Source: Actinoplanes philippinensis (lineage in GTDB: Bacteria > Actinomycetota > Actinomycetes > Mycobacteriales > Micromonosporaceae). Taken from it: 24,000 bases of DNA. Shown here piece by piece: positions 7,984-19,900 of the stretch; position 1 is the stretch's first letter; each line of letters opens with the position of its first letter. The DNA lies in assembly GCF_900113015.1 (NCBI RefSeq), contig NZ_FONV01000011.1:374034-398033 (forward strand). Reading direction: 5' to 3'. The notes under the pieces were generated by a model that saw only the letters and a list, made by a program, of their open reading frames with translations, ran no database searches and was not told the DNA's origin. A program made the position numbers and the translations under genes.

Positions 7984-9792
7984 TCATGCGTCGGCGAGCC
8001 GCGCCTTCAGCGCGTCGAGCTCGGCCCAGAGCACGGCCGGGAGCTTGTCGCCGAATTTGGTGAACCACTCGGTGACCTGCGGGATCTCCGCCTGCCACTC
8101 GTCCGGGTCGACCCGGAGCGCCGCCGCCAGGTCGGCCGGGTCGATGTCCAGGCCGGTGGTGTCGAGCGCCTCCGGGGTGGGCACGTGCCCGATCGGGGTC
8201 TCGACGGCGTCGGCCTTGCCGTCGAGGCGTTCGCACACCCACTTGAGGACGCGGCTGTTCTCGCCGAACCCGGGCCACAGGAACCGGCCGTCGTCACCGC
8301 GGCGGAACCAGTTGACGTAGAACACCTTCGGCAGTTTGGCGGCGTCGCCGGACGCGCCCTTGGCCATGTCGATCCAGTGCTGGAAGTAGTCGCCGGCGTG
8401 GTAGCCGATGAACGGCAGCATCGCCATCGGGTCGCGGCGCACGACACCGACCTGGCCGACGGCGGCCGCGGTGGTCTCCGACGACAGGGTGGCGCCCAGG
8501 TAGACCCCGTGCACCCAGTCGCGGGCCTCGCTGACCAGCGGGATGGTGGTCTTGCGGCGGCCGCCGAACAGGATCGCGTCGATCGGGACGCCGCGCGGGT
8601 CGTGGTACTCGTCGGCGAGGATCGGGCACTGCTCGATCGGGGTGCAGAACCGGCTGTTCGGGTGGCTGGAGACGCCCTCGGACTTCGGGGTCCAGTCGTT
8701 GCCCTTCCAGTCGGTGAGGTGCGCGGGCGGCTCGCCCATGCCCTCCCACCAGATGTCGCCGTCGTCGGTGAGCGCCACGTTGGTGAAGACGGAGTTGCCC
8801 TTGGCCAGGGTGCGCATCGCGTTCGGGTTGGTGTGGAAGTCGGTGCCGGGCGCGACGCCGAACAGGCCGAACTCCGGGTTCGTGGCCCACAGCCGGCCGT
8901 CCTCGCCGAACCGCATCCAGGCGATGTCGTCACCGATGGTCTCGACCTTCCACCCGTCGAGAGTCGGCTCCAGCATCGCGAGGTTGGTCTTGCCGCACGC
9001 CGACGGGAACGCGCCGGCGATGTACCGGACCACACCCTCGGGCGAGGTCAGCTTCATGATCAGCATGTGCTCGGCGAGCCAGCCCTCGTCGCGCGCGGCC
9101 ACACTGGCGATCCGGAGCGCGAAGCACTTCTTGCCCAGCAGCGAGTTGCCCCCGTAACCCGAGCCGAACGACCAGATCTCCCGGGTCTCCGGGAAGTGCG
9201 AGATGTATTTCGTCTCGTTGCACGGCCAGGCGACGTCGCTCTGGCCGGGCTCCAGCGGTGCGCCGATCGAGTGCAGCGCCGGCACGAAGTCCGCGCCGGT
9301 CTCGTCCAGCGCCGCCAGGACCTCGGCCCCCATCCGGGTCATGATGCGCATGCTGGCCACCACGTACGGGCTGTCGGTGAGCTCCACGCCGAACATCGGC
9401 TCGGCCGCGTCGAGCGGACCCATGCAGAACGGGACGACATACATCGTGCGGCCCCGCATGCACCCCCGGTACAGCCCGGTCATCAGCTGCTTCATCTCGG
9501 CCGGGTCCATCCAGTTGTTGGTGGGACCGGCGTCCGCCTCGTCGACCGAGCAGATGAAGGTGCGTTCCTCGACACGCGCCACATCGGACGGGTCGGTGCG
9601 CGCCCAGAACGAGTTCGGCTTCTTCTTGTCGTCGAGTCGGACCAGGGCGCCGCTGTCGACGAGCTCGTCGGTGAGACGGGTCCACTCGGCCTCGGAACCG
9701 TCACACCAGACGATGCGGTCGGGTGTGGTCAGGGCGGCGACCTCGTCGATCCACGCGAGCAGCCGCGGGTGCGAGGTAGGGGGCTGAGTCAA
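7984..9792 (-). CDS. pckG: Phosphoenolpyruvate carboxykinase (GTP)
   Basis: Full-length GTP-PEPCK: [36 protein letters not shown] (P-loop), RVNWFRRG-like [31 protein letters not shown] start at 9792 with GAAGGAG upstream. Confidence 0.96.
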   Translation of the reverse strand: MTQPPTSHPRLLAWIDEVAALTTPDRIVWCDGSEAEWTRLTDELVDSGALVRLDDKKKPNSFWARTDPSDVARVEERTFICSVDEADAGPTNNWMDPAEMKQLMTGLYRGCMRGRTMYVVPFCMGPLDAAEPMFGVELTDSPYVVASMRIMTRMGAEVLAALDETGADFVPALHSIGAPLEPGQSDVAWPCNETKYISHFPETREIWSFGSGYGGNSLLGKKCFALRIASVAARDEGWLAEHMLIMKLTSPEGVVRYIAGAFPSACGKTNLAMLEPTLDGWKVETIGDDIAWMRFGEDGRLWATNPEFGLFGVAPGTDFHTNPNAMRTLAKGNSVFTNVALTDDGDIWWEGMGEPPAHLTDWKGNDWTPKSEGVSSHPNSRFCTPIEQCPILADEYHDPRGVPIDAILFGGRRKTTIPLVSEARDWVHGVYLGATLSSETTAAAVGQVGVVRRDPMAMLPFIGYHAGDYFQHWIDMAKGASGDAAKLPKVFYVNWFRRGDDGRFLWPGFGENSRVLKWVCERLDGKADAVETPIGHVPTPEALDTTGLDIDPADLAAALRVDPDEWQAEIPQVTEWFTKFGDKLPAVLWAELDALKARLADA

Positions 9793-9830
9793 GGTGAAGC
9801 TCCTTCGGTCGGCATTGACCTATGACTGAC

Positions 9831-9850
9831 CAGCCGGGCAGATCCGGCTG
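9831..9850 (-). promoter_or_regulatory. Small hairpin in the pckG leader region
   Basis: cagccgg (9831-9837) and ccggctg (9844-9850) with a 6-nt loop. Confidence 0.35.
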
Positions 9851-10105
9851 TGTCATGGGGGAGTCACGTCAGCGTAAGCCCGACTGAGCATTGAGTTCAT
9901 CGGCAACACCTGTGGACAACCGCACAATCTTTGGCCACTTTGCGCACAGACGATCGATTCTTCGCCGCAAAGCGCAACTGCGCGCAAGTCGGCCGGTTCC
10001 GGCCTAGCCACACCGTCGCTCTCGACAACTTTCACAAAAAGGACTTATCGTCTTAGACTTTCGCCTAATCGGGCTTTCCTCGCAGTTCCGGCCACAGGAG
10101 GCGGA

Positions 10106-10870
10106 ATGACGATCCCGGGCGACGACGCGGACACGGACACCGGCTTGCTCGCCGCGGTCCGGGCCGGCGACACCGCCGCGTACGGGACGCTCTACGAGCG
10201 GCACCACGCGGCAGCCCGCAAGTTCGCCTTCGGACTCGTCCACGATCCCGCCGACGTCGACGACCTGGTGGCCGAGACGTTCGCCAAGGTGTTCGCGACG
10301 CTACGGGCCGGCCGGGGACCGCTCGTGGCGTTCCGCGCCTACCTGCACACCACCATGCGTCACCTCCGGTACCAGCGGGCGCGCCTGGACCGCCGGCTGG
10401 AGTTCACCGACGACCTGACCCGCTACGACGCGGGCGAGCCGTTCACCGACCCGGCCCTGGACCGGCTGGAGCGCACCTTCGCGGCGGCCGCCTTCCGGCA
10501 ACTGCCCGAGCGCTGGCGCGACGTGCTGTGGCAGACCGAGGTCGAGGGCACCACGCCGGCCGAGCTGGCGCCGCGGATGGGCCTCACGCCGAACGCGGTG
10601 GCCGTCCTCGCCCACCGCGCACGGGAGGGGCTGCGCAGCCTCTATCTCCAGCAGCACGTGGCCGCGGCCGATCACCCGGAGTGCCGATGGGCCGGCGAGC
10701 GGCTCGGCGGCCAGGTACGGGGACGGCTGGCGCCACGTGACGCGCATCGCATGCGAACCCATCTCGGATGGTGTTCGGACTGCCGGAACCGGCTCGCCGA
10801 GATCCGCGAGGTGGACGGTTTTCGTCACGCTCCGTACCGCCAGCGTCACCATGCCGAGACGTCCGGTTAA
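10106..10870 (+). CDS. RNA polymerase sigma factor (ECF-like) with C-terminal zinc-finger-like HxxxCxxC motif
   Basis: RAGDTAAYGTLYERHHAAARKFAFGLVHDPADVDDLVAETFAKVF (region 2-like); QLPERWRDVLWQTEVEGTTPAELAPRMGLTPNAVAVLAHRAREGLR (region 4-like); THLGWCSDCRNRL. RBS AGGAGG at 10096-10101. Confidence 0.85.
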   Translation: MTIPGDDADTDTGLLAAVRAGDTAAYGTLYERHHAAARKFAFGLVHDPADVDDLVAETFAKVFATLRAGRGPLVAFRAYLHTTMRHLRYQRARLDRRLEFTDDLTRYDAGEPFTDPALDRLERTFAAAAFRQLPERWRDVLWQTEVEGTTPAELAPRMGLTPNAVAVLAHRAREGLRSLYLQQHVAAADHPECRWAGERLGGQVRGRLAPRDAHRMRTHLGWCSDCRNRLAEIREVDGFRHAPYRQRHHAETSG

Positions 10871-10895
10871 GACCCGGCAACGAGGACAGCGATGG

Positions 10896-11405
10896 GTGAC
10901 CTGCGCCGGTACCCTCGGATCCGTGCCCCCCGAACCCACGCAGGCGATCACCCTGCGCACCCGGATCACGGGACTCGTCCGCGAGCTGGGCAAGTTCGGC
11001 ATCGTCGGCGGGATCGCCTTCACCGTCGACTTCGTGCTCTTCAACGTCCTGCTGCAGGCGGGACTGGAGACGCTGACCGCCAAGGCCGCCTCCACGATCG
11101 TGGCCACCACCGTCGCGTTCTTCGGCAACAGGTTCTGGACCTGGCGTGACGGTGCGCACACCAACATGGCACGGCAGTACTCGACGTTCTTCGTACTGAA
11201 CCTGATCGGCCTGGGTATCGCTCTGGCGTGTCTCGCGATCAGCCACTACGGCCTCGGGCAGATCTGGCCGCAACTGCAGAGCCCGCTCGCCGACAACATC
11301 GCCGGCGTCGGCGTCGGGACGGTACTCGGTACCATGTTCCGCTTCTGGTCCTACCGCCGTTTCGTCTTCCGGGTCACTGTCGCCCCGGCGTCAGTTTCAC
11401 AGTGA
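10896..11405 (+). CDS. GtrA family membrane protein
   Basis: ELGKFGIVGGIAFTVDFVLFNVLL, STIVATTVAFFGNRFWTWR, GTMFRFWSYRRFVF. Likely GTG start at 10896, 25 bp after the sigma factor gene. Confidence 0.85.
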   Translation: MTCAGTLGSVPPEPTQAITLRTRITGLVRELGKFGIVGGIAFTVDFVLFNVLLQAGLETLTAKAASTIVATTVAFFGNRFWTWRDGAHTNMARQYSTFFVLNLIGLGIALACLAISHYGLGQIWPQLQSPLADNIAGVGVGTVLGTMFRFWSYRRFVFRVTVAPASVSQ

Positions 11406-11442
11406 CTCGGCGTAATCGCCCCCGTTCCCGTAAGGTTGCCCA

Positions 11443-12000
11443 ATGCCCTCAGCCAGTCCGCTGACGGAACGCCTCCGCCGGCTCGCCCCCGAAGCCATCG
11501 CCTTCGGCATCATCGGCGCCGGTAACACGCTGCTGTATCTCGCGATCTACTGGGTGGCGATGCCGATCGGGCCGGTGAAGGCGAGCGTCCTCGCCACCGT
11601 GATCACCACCACCCTGGCGTACGTGGCGAACCGCTACTGGACCTACCGGCACCACACGCGTACCGCGCTGCGCCGGGAGTACACGCTGTTCTTCGGCTTC
11701 AACCTGGTCGGCATGGTCATCCAGTCCGGCATGACCTACCTCGGCAAGTACGGGTTCGGCCTCTCCGAGCACGACGACAAGTTCCTGCTGCTCGGCATGA
11801 CCACGGTCGGCATCGGCATCGCCACGGTCTTCCGCTTCTGGGCGTACCGGACGTTCGTCTTCCTGAAGCCGCCGGTCGACGGCCACGAGGGCGCCATCAC
11901 CGACATGGACGCGACCGCCGGGTTCGCCGAGCTGAGCGCGATCGACGAGCCGGGCAGCGTGGCTCACCTCGATCTGCGGCCGGAGCTCGACCCGCGCTGA
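11443..12000 (+). CDS. GtrA family membrane protein (second, tandem)
   Basis: FGIIGAGNTLLYLAIYWV, TTTLAYVANRYWTYR, GIATVFRFWAYRTFVF. Confidence 0.87.
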   Translation: MPSASPLTERLRRLAPEAIAFGIIGAGNTLLYLAIYWVAMPIGPVKASVLATVITTTLAYVANRYWTYRHHTRTALRREYTLFFGFNLVGMVIQSGMTYLGKYGFGLSEHDDKFLLLGMTTVGIGIATVFRFWAYRTFVFLKPPVDGHEGAITDMDATAGFAELSAIDEPGSVAHLDLRPELDPR

Positions 12001-12521
12001 GGCTCGGCCTCCGTCTCCTCCTCGCCCTCGTCCGGAGCCGGGGCCAGCTCGATCAGCTCGTAGAGGGTGTTCTGCACCAGCTGCGCGGCGGGCACCCCGG
12101 CCAGCACGGCACGCTGATCACCGATCGAGTCGATGGTGAGCGTGCCGCTGCCGAGCAGCCGGTCCAGCAGCGACTGGGTGAGGGCGTGATCGTTGACCCG
12201 GTTGAGCGGCAGGTCACGCCGCTCCCGGTCGACGATGCCCCGCTGCATGAGCAGCCGCTCGCCGGTCAGCACGTACTCGGTGCAGCGCCAGTCGAGCAGC
12301 GGGTACAACCCGTACCGGCCGCCGTAGTAGAGCATGATCGCGACGATCAGCAGCAGGCCGATCCGGCCGCCGTCGGTCGACGGGAGCAGCACCAGGCCCA
12401 TGATCAGGCCGGCCAGGGCCAGCAGCAGCACCACGACCGGCAGCACCACTGCCTTCCAGTGCGGACGCACATGGAGGACGATCTCCTCCTCGTCCGCCAG
12501 AACATCCTCCGGGAACGCCAC
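11964..12521 (-). CDS. PH domain-containing membrane protein
   Basis: Two hydrophobic segments (VVLPVVVLLLALAGLIMGLVL; GLLLIVAIMLYYGGRYGLYPLL-like) followed by RCTEYVLTGERLLMQRGIVDRERRDLPLNRVNDHALTQSLLDRLLGSGTLTIDS. Likely GTG start 12521. Confidence 0.8.
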   Translation of the reverse strand: MAFPEDVLADEEEIVLHVRPHWKAVVLPVVVLLLALAGLIMGLVLLPSTDGGRIGLLLIVAIMLYYGGRYGLYPLLDWRCTEYVLTGERLLMQRGIVDRERRDLPLNRVNDHALTQSLLDRLLGSGTLTIDSIGDQRAVLAGVPAAQLVQNTLYELIELAPAPDEGEEETEAEPQRGSSSGRRSR

Positions 12522-12525
12522 GCCG

Positions 12526-13347
12526 TCAGCGTACGTGCAGCACATCCCCCGCCGAGACACGGAATTCCGCGCCTTCCTCCGTACGGATCACCAATTGGCC
12601 GTCCCGATCAACGGACAGCGCCTCGCCGGACCGCTCCCCGCCACCCGGCAGCAGCACCCGCACCCGGCGGCCTATCGTCGCGCAATGCCGCTGGTAGGCG
12701 GCGAGCAGCCCGCACATCTCGGCGTCGCCGCCGGCCTCGCGCCACCCCTCATACCACCGGGCGGTGCCGCGCAGCAGCGCCCGCAGCAGCGGGCTGCGGT
12801 CCGGCTTGTCGGCGCCGGCCACGAGCAGCGAGGTGGCCGGCACGCCGGTGGTCTCCGGCAGCTCGTCGGCCCGGGTGCTGACGTTCAGGCCGACGCCGAT
12901 CACCACGGCGTCACCGGACACCTCGGCCAGGATCCCGGCGCACTTGCGCTCGTCCACCAGCAGATCGTTGGGCCACTTCAGGGTGGCCTCCACCTCGGCC
13001 ACCCGGGCCACCGCCTCGACCAGCGCCACCCCGGCCATCAGCGGCAGCCAGCCGAACGCGGACGCGGGCACTCCCGGCCCGGGACGCAGCAGCATGCTGA
13101 CGGTCAGACCGGCCCGCGGCGGCGACACCCACTGCCGGTCGCGGCGGCCACGGCCGGCGATCTGACTTTCGGCCACCACCACCAGGCCCTCCGGCTCACC
13201 GGCCGCGGCGGACGCCGCGGCGTCCGCGTTGGTCGAGCCGGTCTCCTCCCGCACCTCGATCCTCGACCACAGGCCACCGGGTACGACCAGAGCGCGGTTC
13301 AGCGCCCGTGCGGACAACGGCGGCCGGTCGAGCTCGGTGTAACCCAT
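12526..13347 (-). CDS. birA: Biotin--[acetyl-CoA-carboxylase] ligase
   Basis: EETGSTNADAA, VVVAESQIAGRGRRDRQWVSPPRAGL, LKWPNDLLVDERKCAGILAEV, VIGVGLNVS. Confidence 0.92.
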   Translation of the reverse strand: MGYTELDRPPLSARALNRALVVPGGLWSRIEVREETGSTNADAAASAAAGEPEGLVVVAESQIAGRGRRDRQWVSPPRAGLTVSMLLRPGPGVPASAFGWLPLMAGVALVEAVARVAEVEATLKWPNDLLVDERKCAGILAEVSGDAVVIGVGLNVSTRADELPETTGVPATSLLVAGADKPDRSPLLRALLRGTARWYEGWREAGGDAEMCGLLAAYQRHCATIGRRVRVLLPGGGERSGEALSVDRDGQLVIRTEEGAEFRVSAGDVLHVR

Positions 13348-13362
13348 CCCGGCAGCCTATCC

Positions 13363-14226
13363 TCAGTGCGGCCCCGCGCTGTGCCTGCTGATGTAGGGGC
13401 CGGACGGCCGGGGGCGCGGGCTCGGCCGCTCCTCGGGCTCCCCCGGTTCCACGTGCCGGGGCTGGACGTCCCGTTCCGCCCAGGACAGCGGCAGGCGTAC
13501 CCGCGGCTCCCGGGGCGGCCACTCCGGCGCGGGACCGATCGGTGCCACCGCCGGCAGGTCGAACCCGGTCGCCGGCTCGTAGTCGGGCACCGGCGGCAGC
13601 GGCGCGATCTCCGGGGGCTGGAAGAGCTCGTCCGGCAGCGGGGTCCAGTAGTCGCCGGGCTGCCCCCGGTCGGCGTCCAGGTCGGTGTAGCGGCCGGCGT
13701 AGCCACCCGGGTTCTCGATGTCGCGCCGCGCCCAGGCCGGACCGTCCGGCTCCGGCTCCCGGCGACGACGGCGGGGCGGCCATCCCTCGCTCTCGGGGTA
13801 GCCGGTGTTCTCGTAGCCGAGGCGCTCGTCGTCGTCGTACGGCGGGTCACCGGCATGCTCGTCGGCCGGCTCGTCGTCGTCGGCGAGCCCGATCGACGCC
13901 AGGCTGCTGTGGTTCGGCTCGCCGTCGGCGGGCCGCCCGCTGAAGGCGGCCGCCAGCCGCCGCCGGCGTTCGGGCCGGCGCTCCCCCTCGTCCGCGGCGG
14001 CGTCCACCGTGGCGGGCGGTCCGGGGACGGACCTCGCGACGGGTTCCGGGCGTCGGCGGCGAGAGGATGAGCCGGCACGGTTCGCCCGACGAGCGCCGCC
14101 ACCGAAGATCACGGTGCGGAAGCTGATCAGTGTGGCGAGGCCGCCTGCGATGAAGGCGAGCCCGGCCGCGGTCATCCAGTTCGTCACGCCGGTTGTAACG
14201 AATGGGGCATTGGGTATGAAACGCAC
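13363..14226 (-). CDS. Hypothetical protein: short N-terminal membrane segment and long disordered Arg/Pro/Glu-rich tail
   Basis: [44 protein letters not shown] then low-complexity sequence; divergent from accD, consistent with a real gene. Confidence 0.6.
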   Translation of the reverse strand: MRFIPNAPFVTTGVTNWMTAAGLAFIAGGLATLISFRTVIFGGGARRANRAGSSSRRRRPEPVARSVPGPPATVDAAADEGERRPERRRRLAAAFSGRPADGEPNHSSLASIGLADDDEPADEHAGDPPYDDDERLGYENTGYPESEGWPPRRRRREPEPDGPAWARRDIENPGGYAGRYTDLDADRGQPGDYWTPLPDELFQPPEIAPLPPVPDYEPATGFDLPAVAPIGPAPEWPPREPRVRLPLSWAERDVQPRHVEPGEPEERPSPRPRPSGPYISRHSAGPH

Positions 14227-14311
14227 GCGTAGCGACGCCCGCCGTGTGCGACGTGGCCCGGCTACGATGCTGATCGTTGCCTTAACGAGCGCTCAGAGGG
14301 TGGAGACCTTC

Positions 14312-15870
<1,559 letters not shown>

Positions 15871-15874
<4 letters not shown>

Positions 15875-16614
15875 AGGCTCAGCCCGCCCTCGGGCAGCCA
15901 CTGGCCGGCCAGCAGGAACGCGCCGGCGACCAGGGCGATCAGGTTCACGACGAGGAAGATGCCGACCCAGAACAGCGCCGGCAGGTGAGTCAGCCGGGCC
16001 AACTGGTCGGCGTCCGAATCGCGCATCCGGCCCCGGCCGCGCAGACTCTGCAGCTCGAAGACCGGGCGGACACCGCCGAAGAGCAGGAACCAGACACCGG
16101 CGTACGCGAAAGCCGCCTGCGTCTCCGGCTCCGCATACCAGGACACGGCGAACACGATCGCGCCGGTGACCAGCAGTGACACCACACCGAACAGGTTCCT
16201 GATGTTGATCAGCATGAGGAGCAGCAGCACCACGGCCAGCCACAGCAGCAGCGTGATCCGGTTGCCACCGAGCAGCCACGCGCCCAGCACACCCACCAGC
16301 GACGGCGCGATGTAGCCGCCGAGCAGCGTGAGGATCATGCCGAGCCCGGTCGGACGGCCGGCCGACAGGGTCAGGCCGGACGTGTCGAACTCGAGGCGGA
16401 TGCCCCGCAGCTTGCGCCCGGTCAGCAGGGCGATCAGCGCGTGCCCGCCCTCGTGGGCGATCGTGACGGCGTTGCGGGCCACCCGCCACACCGGCCGGAC
16501 CGCCACCGCGATAAACCCGGCCACCGCCGTGAGCAGCACCAGCATCCCGGGCGGGTCGGGCTGAGCACCCAACAGCTGGTCCCAGAGATCAGTCACACCG
16601 TCGATCGACAACAC
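15871..16614 (-). CDS. M50 family metallopeptidase (HEGGH)
   Basis: [37 protein letters not shown] plus multiple TM segments. Start probably GTG near 16614-16623. Confidence 0.82.
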
Positions 16615-16637
16615 GCCGGGGACTGTAGCCGATCCCG

Positions 16638-16856
16638 CTATGCGCGTCGCCTCACCACGGCCTTGACCGGCTCCGGCTCGCGGCGGCCCAGCGACCTCGC
16701 CGCATACACCCCACCGGCGACAGTCACCGCGAGCAGGGTCAGAACCAGCATCAACGCGAGCAGACCGGTGGACGCCACGATGATCGCGACATCCGCCGCC
16801 GCCACCAGCATCCACAGAGCGATCGTCGGCTTACTGCCGTGCCGTCGGCAGTTCAT
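16638..16856 (-). CDS. Small membrane protein (72 aa)
   Basis: Two hydrophobic helices: TIALWMLVAAADVAIIVASTGLLALMLVLTLLAVTVAGGVYAA. Confidence 0.5.
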   Translation of the reverse strand: MNCRRHGSKPTIALWMLVAAADVAIIVASTGLLALMLVLTLLAVTVAGGVYAARSLGRREPEPVKAVVRRRA

Positions 16857-16912
16857 GATGCACCTCCATCCGTGATGCTGGATAACTACCCAGCATCACG
16901 GATCTCACGCAC

Positions 16913-19900
16913 CTACTTCGGCTCGAACCCGGCGTAGATCGTCTCGAGGTCGCCCTTGGCCGCGTCCCAGTCGCCGGCCTCGGTGTACCAGGTCAAGACG
17001 TAGCTCTGCTTCTTGACAGTGATGACCCGGCGCACCACGTGCTGTTTCGTGCCACCCCCGGCGCTGCGCGAATACTCCATCTCGGCCGCCGGCATGCCCT
17101 TGTAGGTGAGCGTTCTCGGGGCGCTCTTGTCATAGCCGGTGTTGCCGTCTTCGTTCAGGTAGTCGACCGGGTTCTGCGTGCTGTCGACGATGTCGACGCG
17201 GATCATCCGGCCCTGGCCCCAGCTGAGCATCGTCCCGGTGCCACCGCCGGACCCCGACACACTCTTGGGAACCGGTAGCCGGAAGCCGCTGCCCTGATAG
17301 AGACGCCAGCCGGCCGGAATCTGCGTGCCCGACGACGGCGGCCCGGAACTCGGCTTCGCCGGGTCCGCCGACGGCGCATCACTCTTCGCCGGCTCCTCCG
17401 GCTTGCCGCCCGACCCGTCCGGCTTGCCGCCCGGCCCCTCCGGCTTGCCGCCCGGCGCCGAAGCGGCGGGCGAGCCGAATCCGGCCCCCGTCGGGTTCGG
17501 CTCGCCCGAGTCGTCCGACCCGAACGCCTGCACCACGATGATGCCGACCAGCAGCAGGAACGTCAGAACGATGCCCAAGCCGATGGCGGCCTGGCGGCGG
17601 GTCAGCGTCGTGCCGAGGATGGTGATCCCATTGGTACGGCGGGCGACCGGCCGCATCTGCATGGGCGTCCACGCCGGACGGCTCGGCCGGGCGAACCCGG
17701 GATCCGCGTCCAGATCGCCGACCACCTGGGTGGCCGGCTCCGTCGCGGTGATGATGCGACGGCGTGGCGGCATGCTGACCACCGACGTCTTGTCCTCGTC
17801 GGCGCCGGGGCGTGGCCTGGCCGCCGGGAGCAGCAGTGACGTCTTCTCCCCCTCGGCGGCGGGCGGCGGCGGGAGGGTGACGATCGAGGTCTTGTCCTCG
17901 GCGACGGCGGGCGCGGCTGCCGGCTCCGCGGCTTTCTCCTCCGGCTCGGCCTCGGTGGCGGCCTCCGGCTCACCGGCCGCGCCGGTCTGAGCGCCGGCCG
18001 CGTCTGTCCGGGCGCTGGCGGCGCCCGTCTGAGCGGCGGCCGCGTCCGTCTGAGCGGCGGCCGCGCCCGTCTGAGCGGCGGCCGCGCCCGTCTGAGCGGC
18101 GGCCGCGCCCGTCTGAGCCCCGTCCGCGGCCGTCTGAGCACCGACGGCGTCCGCCTCGGGCGCCTCCGGCTCGTCCCCGGTCTCGGCCGGTGTCTCCGCC
18201 TTCGCCGCGTCGTCGACTGTGGCCGGAGCAGCCGTCTCCTCCGGCGTTTTCGCCTTCTCGGTTTCCGGCTTCTCGATTTTTTCGGCCGCCTCGGCCTTCT
18301 CGGGCGTGTCGATCTTCTCGGCCGTGTCAGCCTTCTCGGCCGCCTTGCCCTTCACGGCCGTCCCGGCGGGAACCACCGATGTGGCCTGTGCCTCGTCGTC
18401 GGCGGGCGGGGCGTTACGCGGGGTCACCACGGGGAAGCCGGACGTCGCCTGGGCGAGGGAACGCTCGTGCTCGGGCGCGGCCTGCTTCCGGCGGTTGGCG
18501 GCCACGTCGGCGGCGGTGAAACCGGTGCGCAGCGCGTTGGTGGGCGCGTTGCTGCCGACCGCTGACGGCATGTCCGCCGGCTCGGTGCCCGGTGCGGGCC
18601 GCCGACCGGCCGCCGGGACCTGCCCGGCGCCGGAGACCGGCTTCTGCGGGACCGCCGGACCGGTGCCGGGACGAGACGCCGGGCCCGCGCCGGGTGGCGT
18701 GGCCTGACCGATCCCGGGGCGGGGCGCCTGGCCGGAAACGGGTGGAGTCGCTTGACCCGCAGCCGGGCGTGGCGCCTGACCCGCGGCGGGGCCGGGAGCA
18801 CGGCCCGTGGTCGGGCGCGGCTGCTGCGTACCCGAACGCGGAGGGGTGCCCGGTCCGGGTGGGGACGCGTGGTCCGTACCTCCGAAGGGGTTGAAATCAT
18901 CGCGAACCGGAGGCGTATCGAGTCGCGTGGGGTCGAGTGGTTTGGCGCCGCGCCGCGGCATCTCCGGCGGCTGACCGCCGACCTGAGCCTTTCCGGAGGC
19001 GAAATGCGGCGGCCGTCCGTCGGCGGCGGGTGGCTGCACGACCGGAGGACGCGGATTGGGTACGACCGGAGCCGAACCCGTCGCGGTCGCCCACCCCGAA
19101 CCGGGCAGAACCGGCGGGCCACCCGGTCCGCTCGGCAGCGACGGGCGCTCGCGGCCTACGCCCGGCCGGCGCATCGTCGGGCTCATCGGAAACGTGATCT
19201 TGGAACGGCGGCCGGCGGCACGCGACAGCAGCCGCTCCGCCTCCTCCGCGTTGATCCGGTGCGCCGGGTCCTTGCGCAACAGACCGTTCAGCACCGGCTT
19301 CAGCGGGCCCGCGTTGCGCGCGACCGGCACATTCTCCGTCGCCAGCGCGGCCAGCGTGGCGATCGCCGACGGGCGCGCGAACGGCGAGGCGCCCTCGACC
19401 GCGGCGTAGAGAGTGGCGCCGAGCGACCACAGGTCGGCGGCCGGACCGGCCGTGCCGTCCCGCGCGCGCTCCGGGGCGATGTAGGCCGGCGAGCCCAGCA
19501 CCAGACCGGTCCGTGTCACATTCGGATCGCCGGGGACCGTGGCCAGGCCGAAGTCGGTGAGCACCACACGCCCGTCCGCGCCGAGCAGCACGTTGCCCGG
19601 CTTGACGTCACGGTGCATGACGCCGTTGCGGTGCGCGGCACGCAGAGCATTCAGCACGCCCAGGCCGATCTCGGCGGCACGCAGCGCGTTGAACGGCCCG
19701 TCCTGCGCCAGCGTGTCCTGGAGGGAACGTGAGGCCACATACTCCATCACGATCCACGGATCAGCGTCCGTGGAGAGCACGTCGAAGACGCGCACCACGT
19801 TGATGTTGTTGAGCCGGGCGATGGCGCGGGCCTCGCGAAGGGAGCGCTCACGCATCTCCTGCCGCTCGGCCGGGGTCAGCCCCGGCGGCGGCACGAGCTC

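Noticed and set aside
7918-9825. 635-aa plus-strand ORF antisense to pckG
   Set aside because: Longest ORF there, but low-complexity (VDRDAARV-like) mirror of a clearly real PEP carboxykinase.
9991-10004. ggccggttccggcc as an operator for the sigma factor or pckG
   Set aside because: A 6-bp GC stem with a 2-nt centre is expected often by chance at this composition; no second copy nearby.
12334-14070. 578-aa plus-strand ORF across birA and the hypothetical gene
   Set aside because: Spans two minus-strand genes, with no recognisable motif and biased composition.
18752-19732. 326-aa plus-strand ORF antisense to the kinase
   Set aside because: Mirror frame of the kinase linker and catalytic domain.
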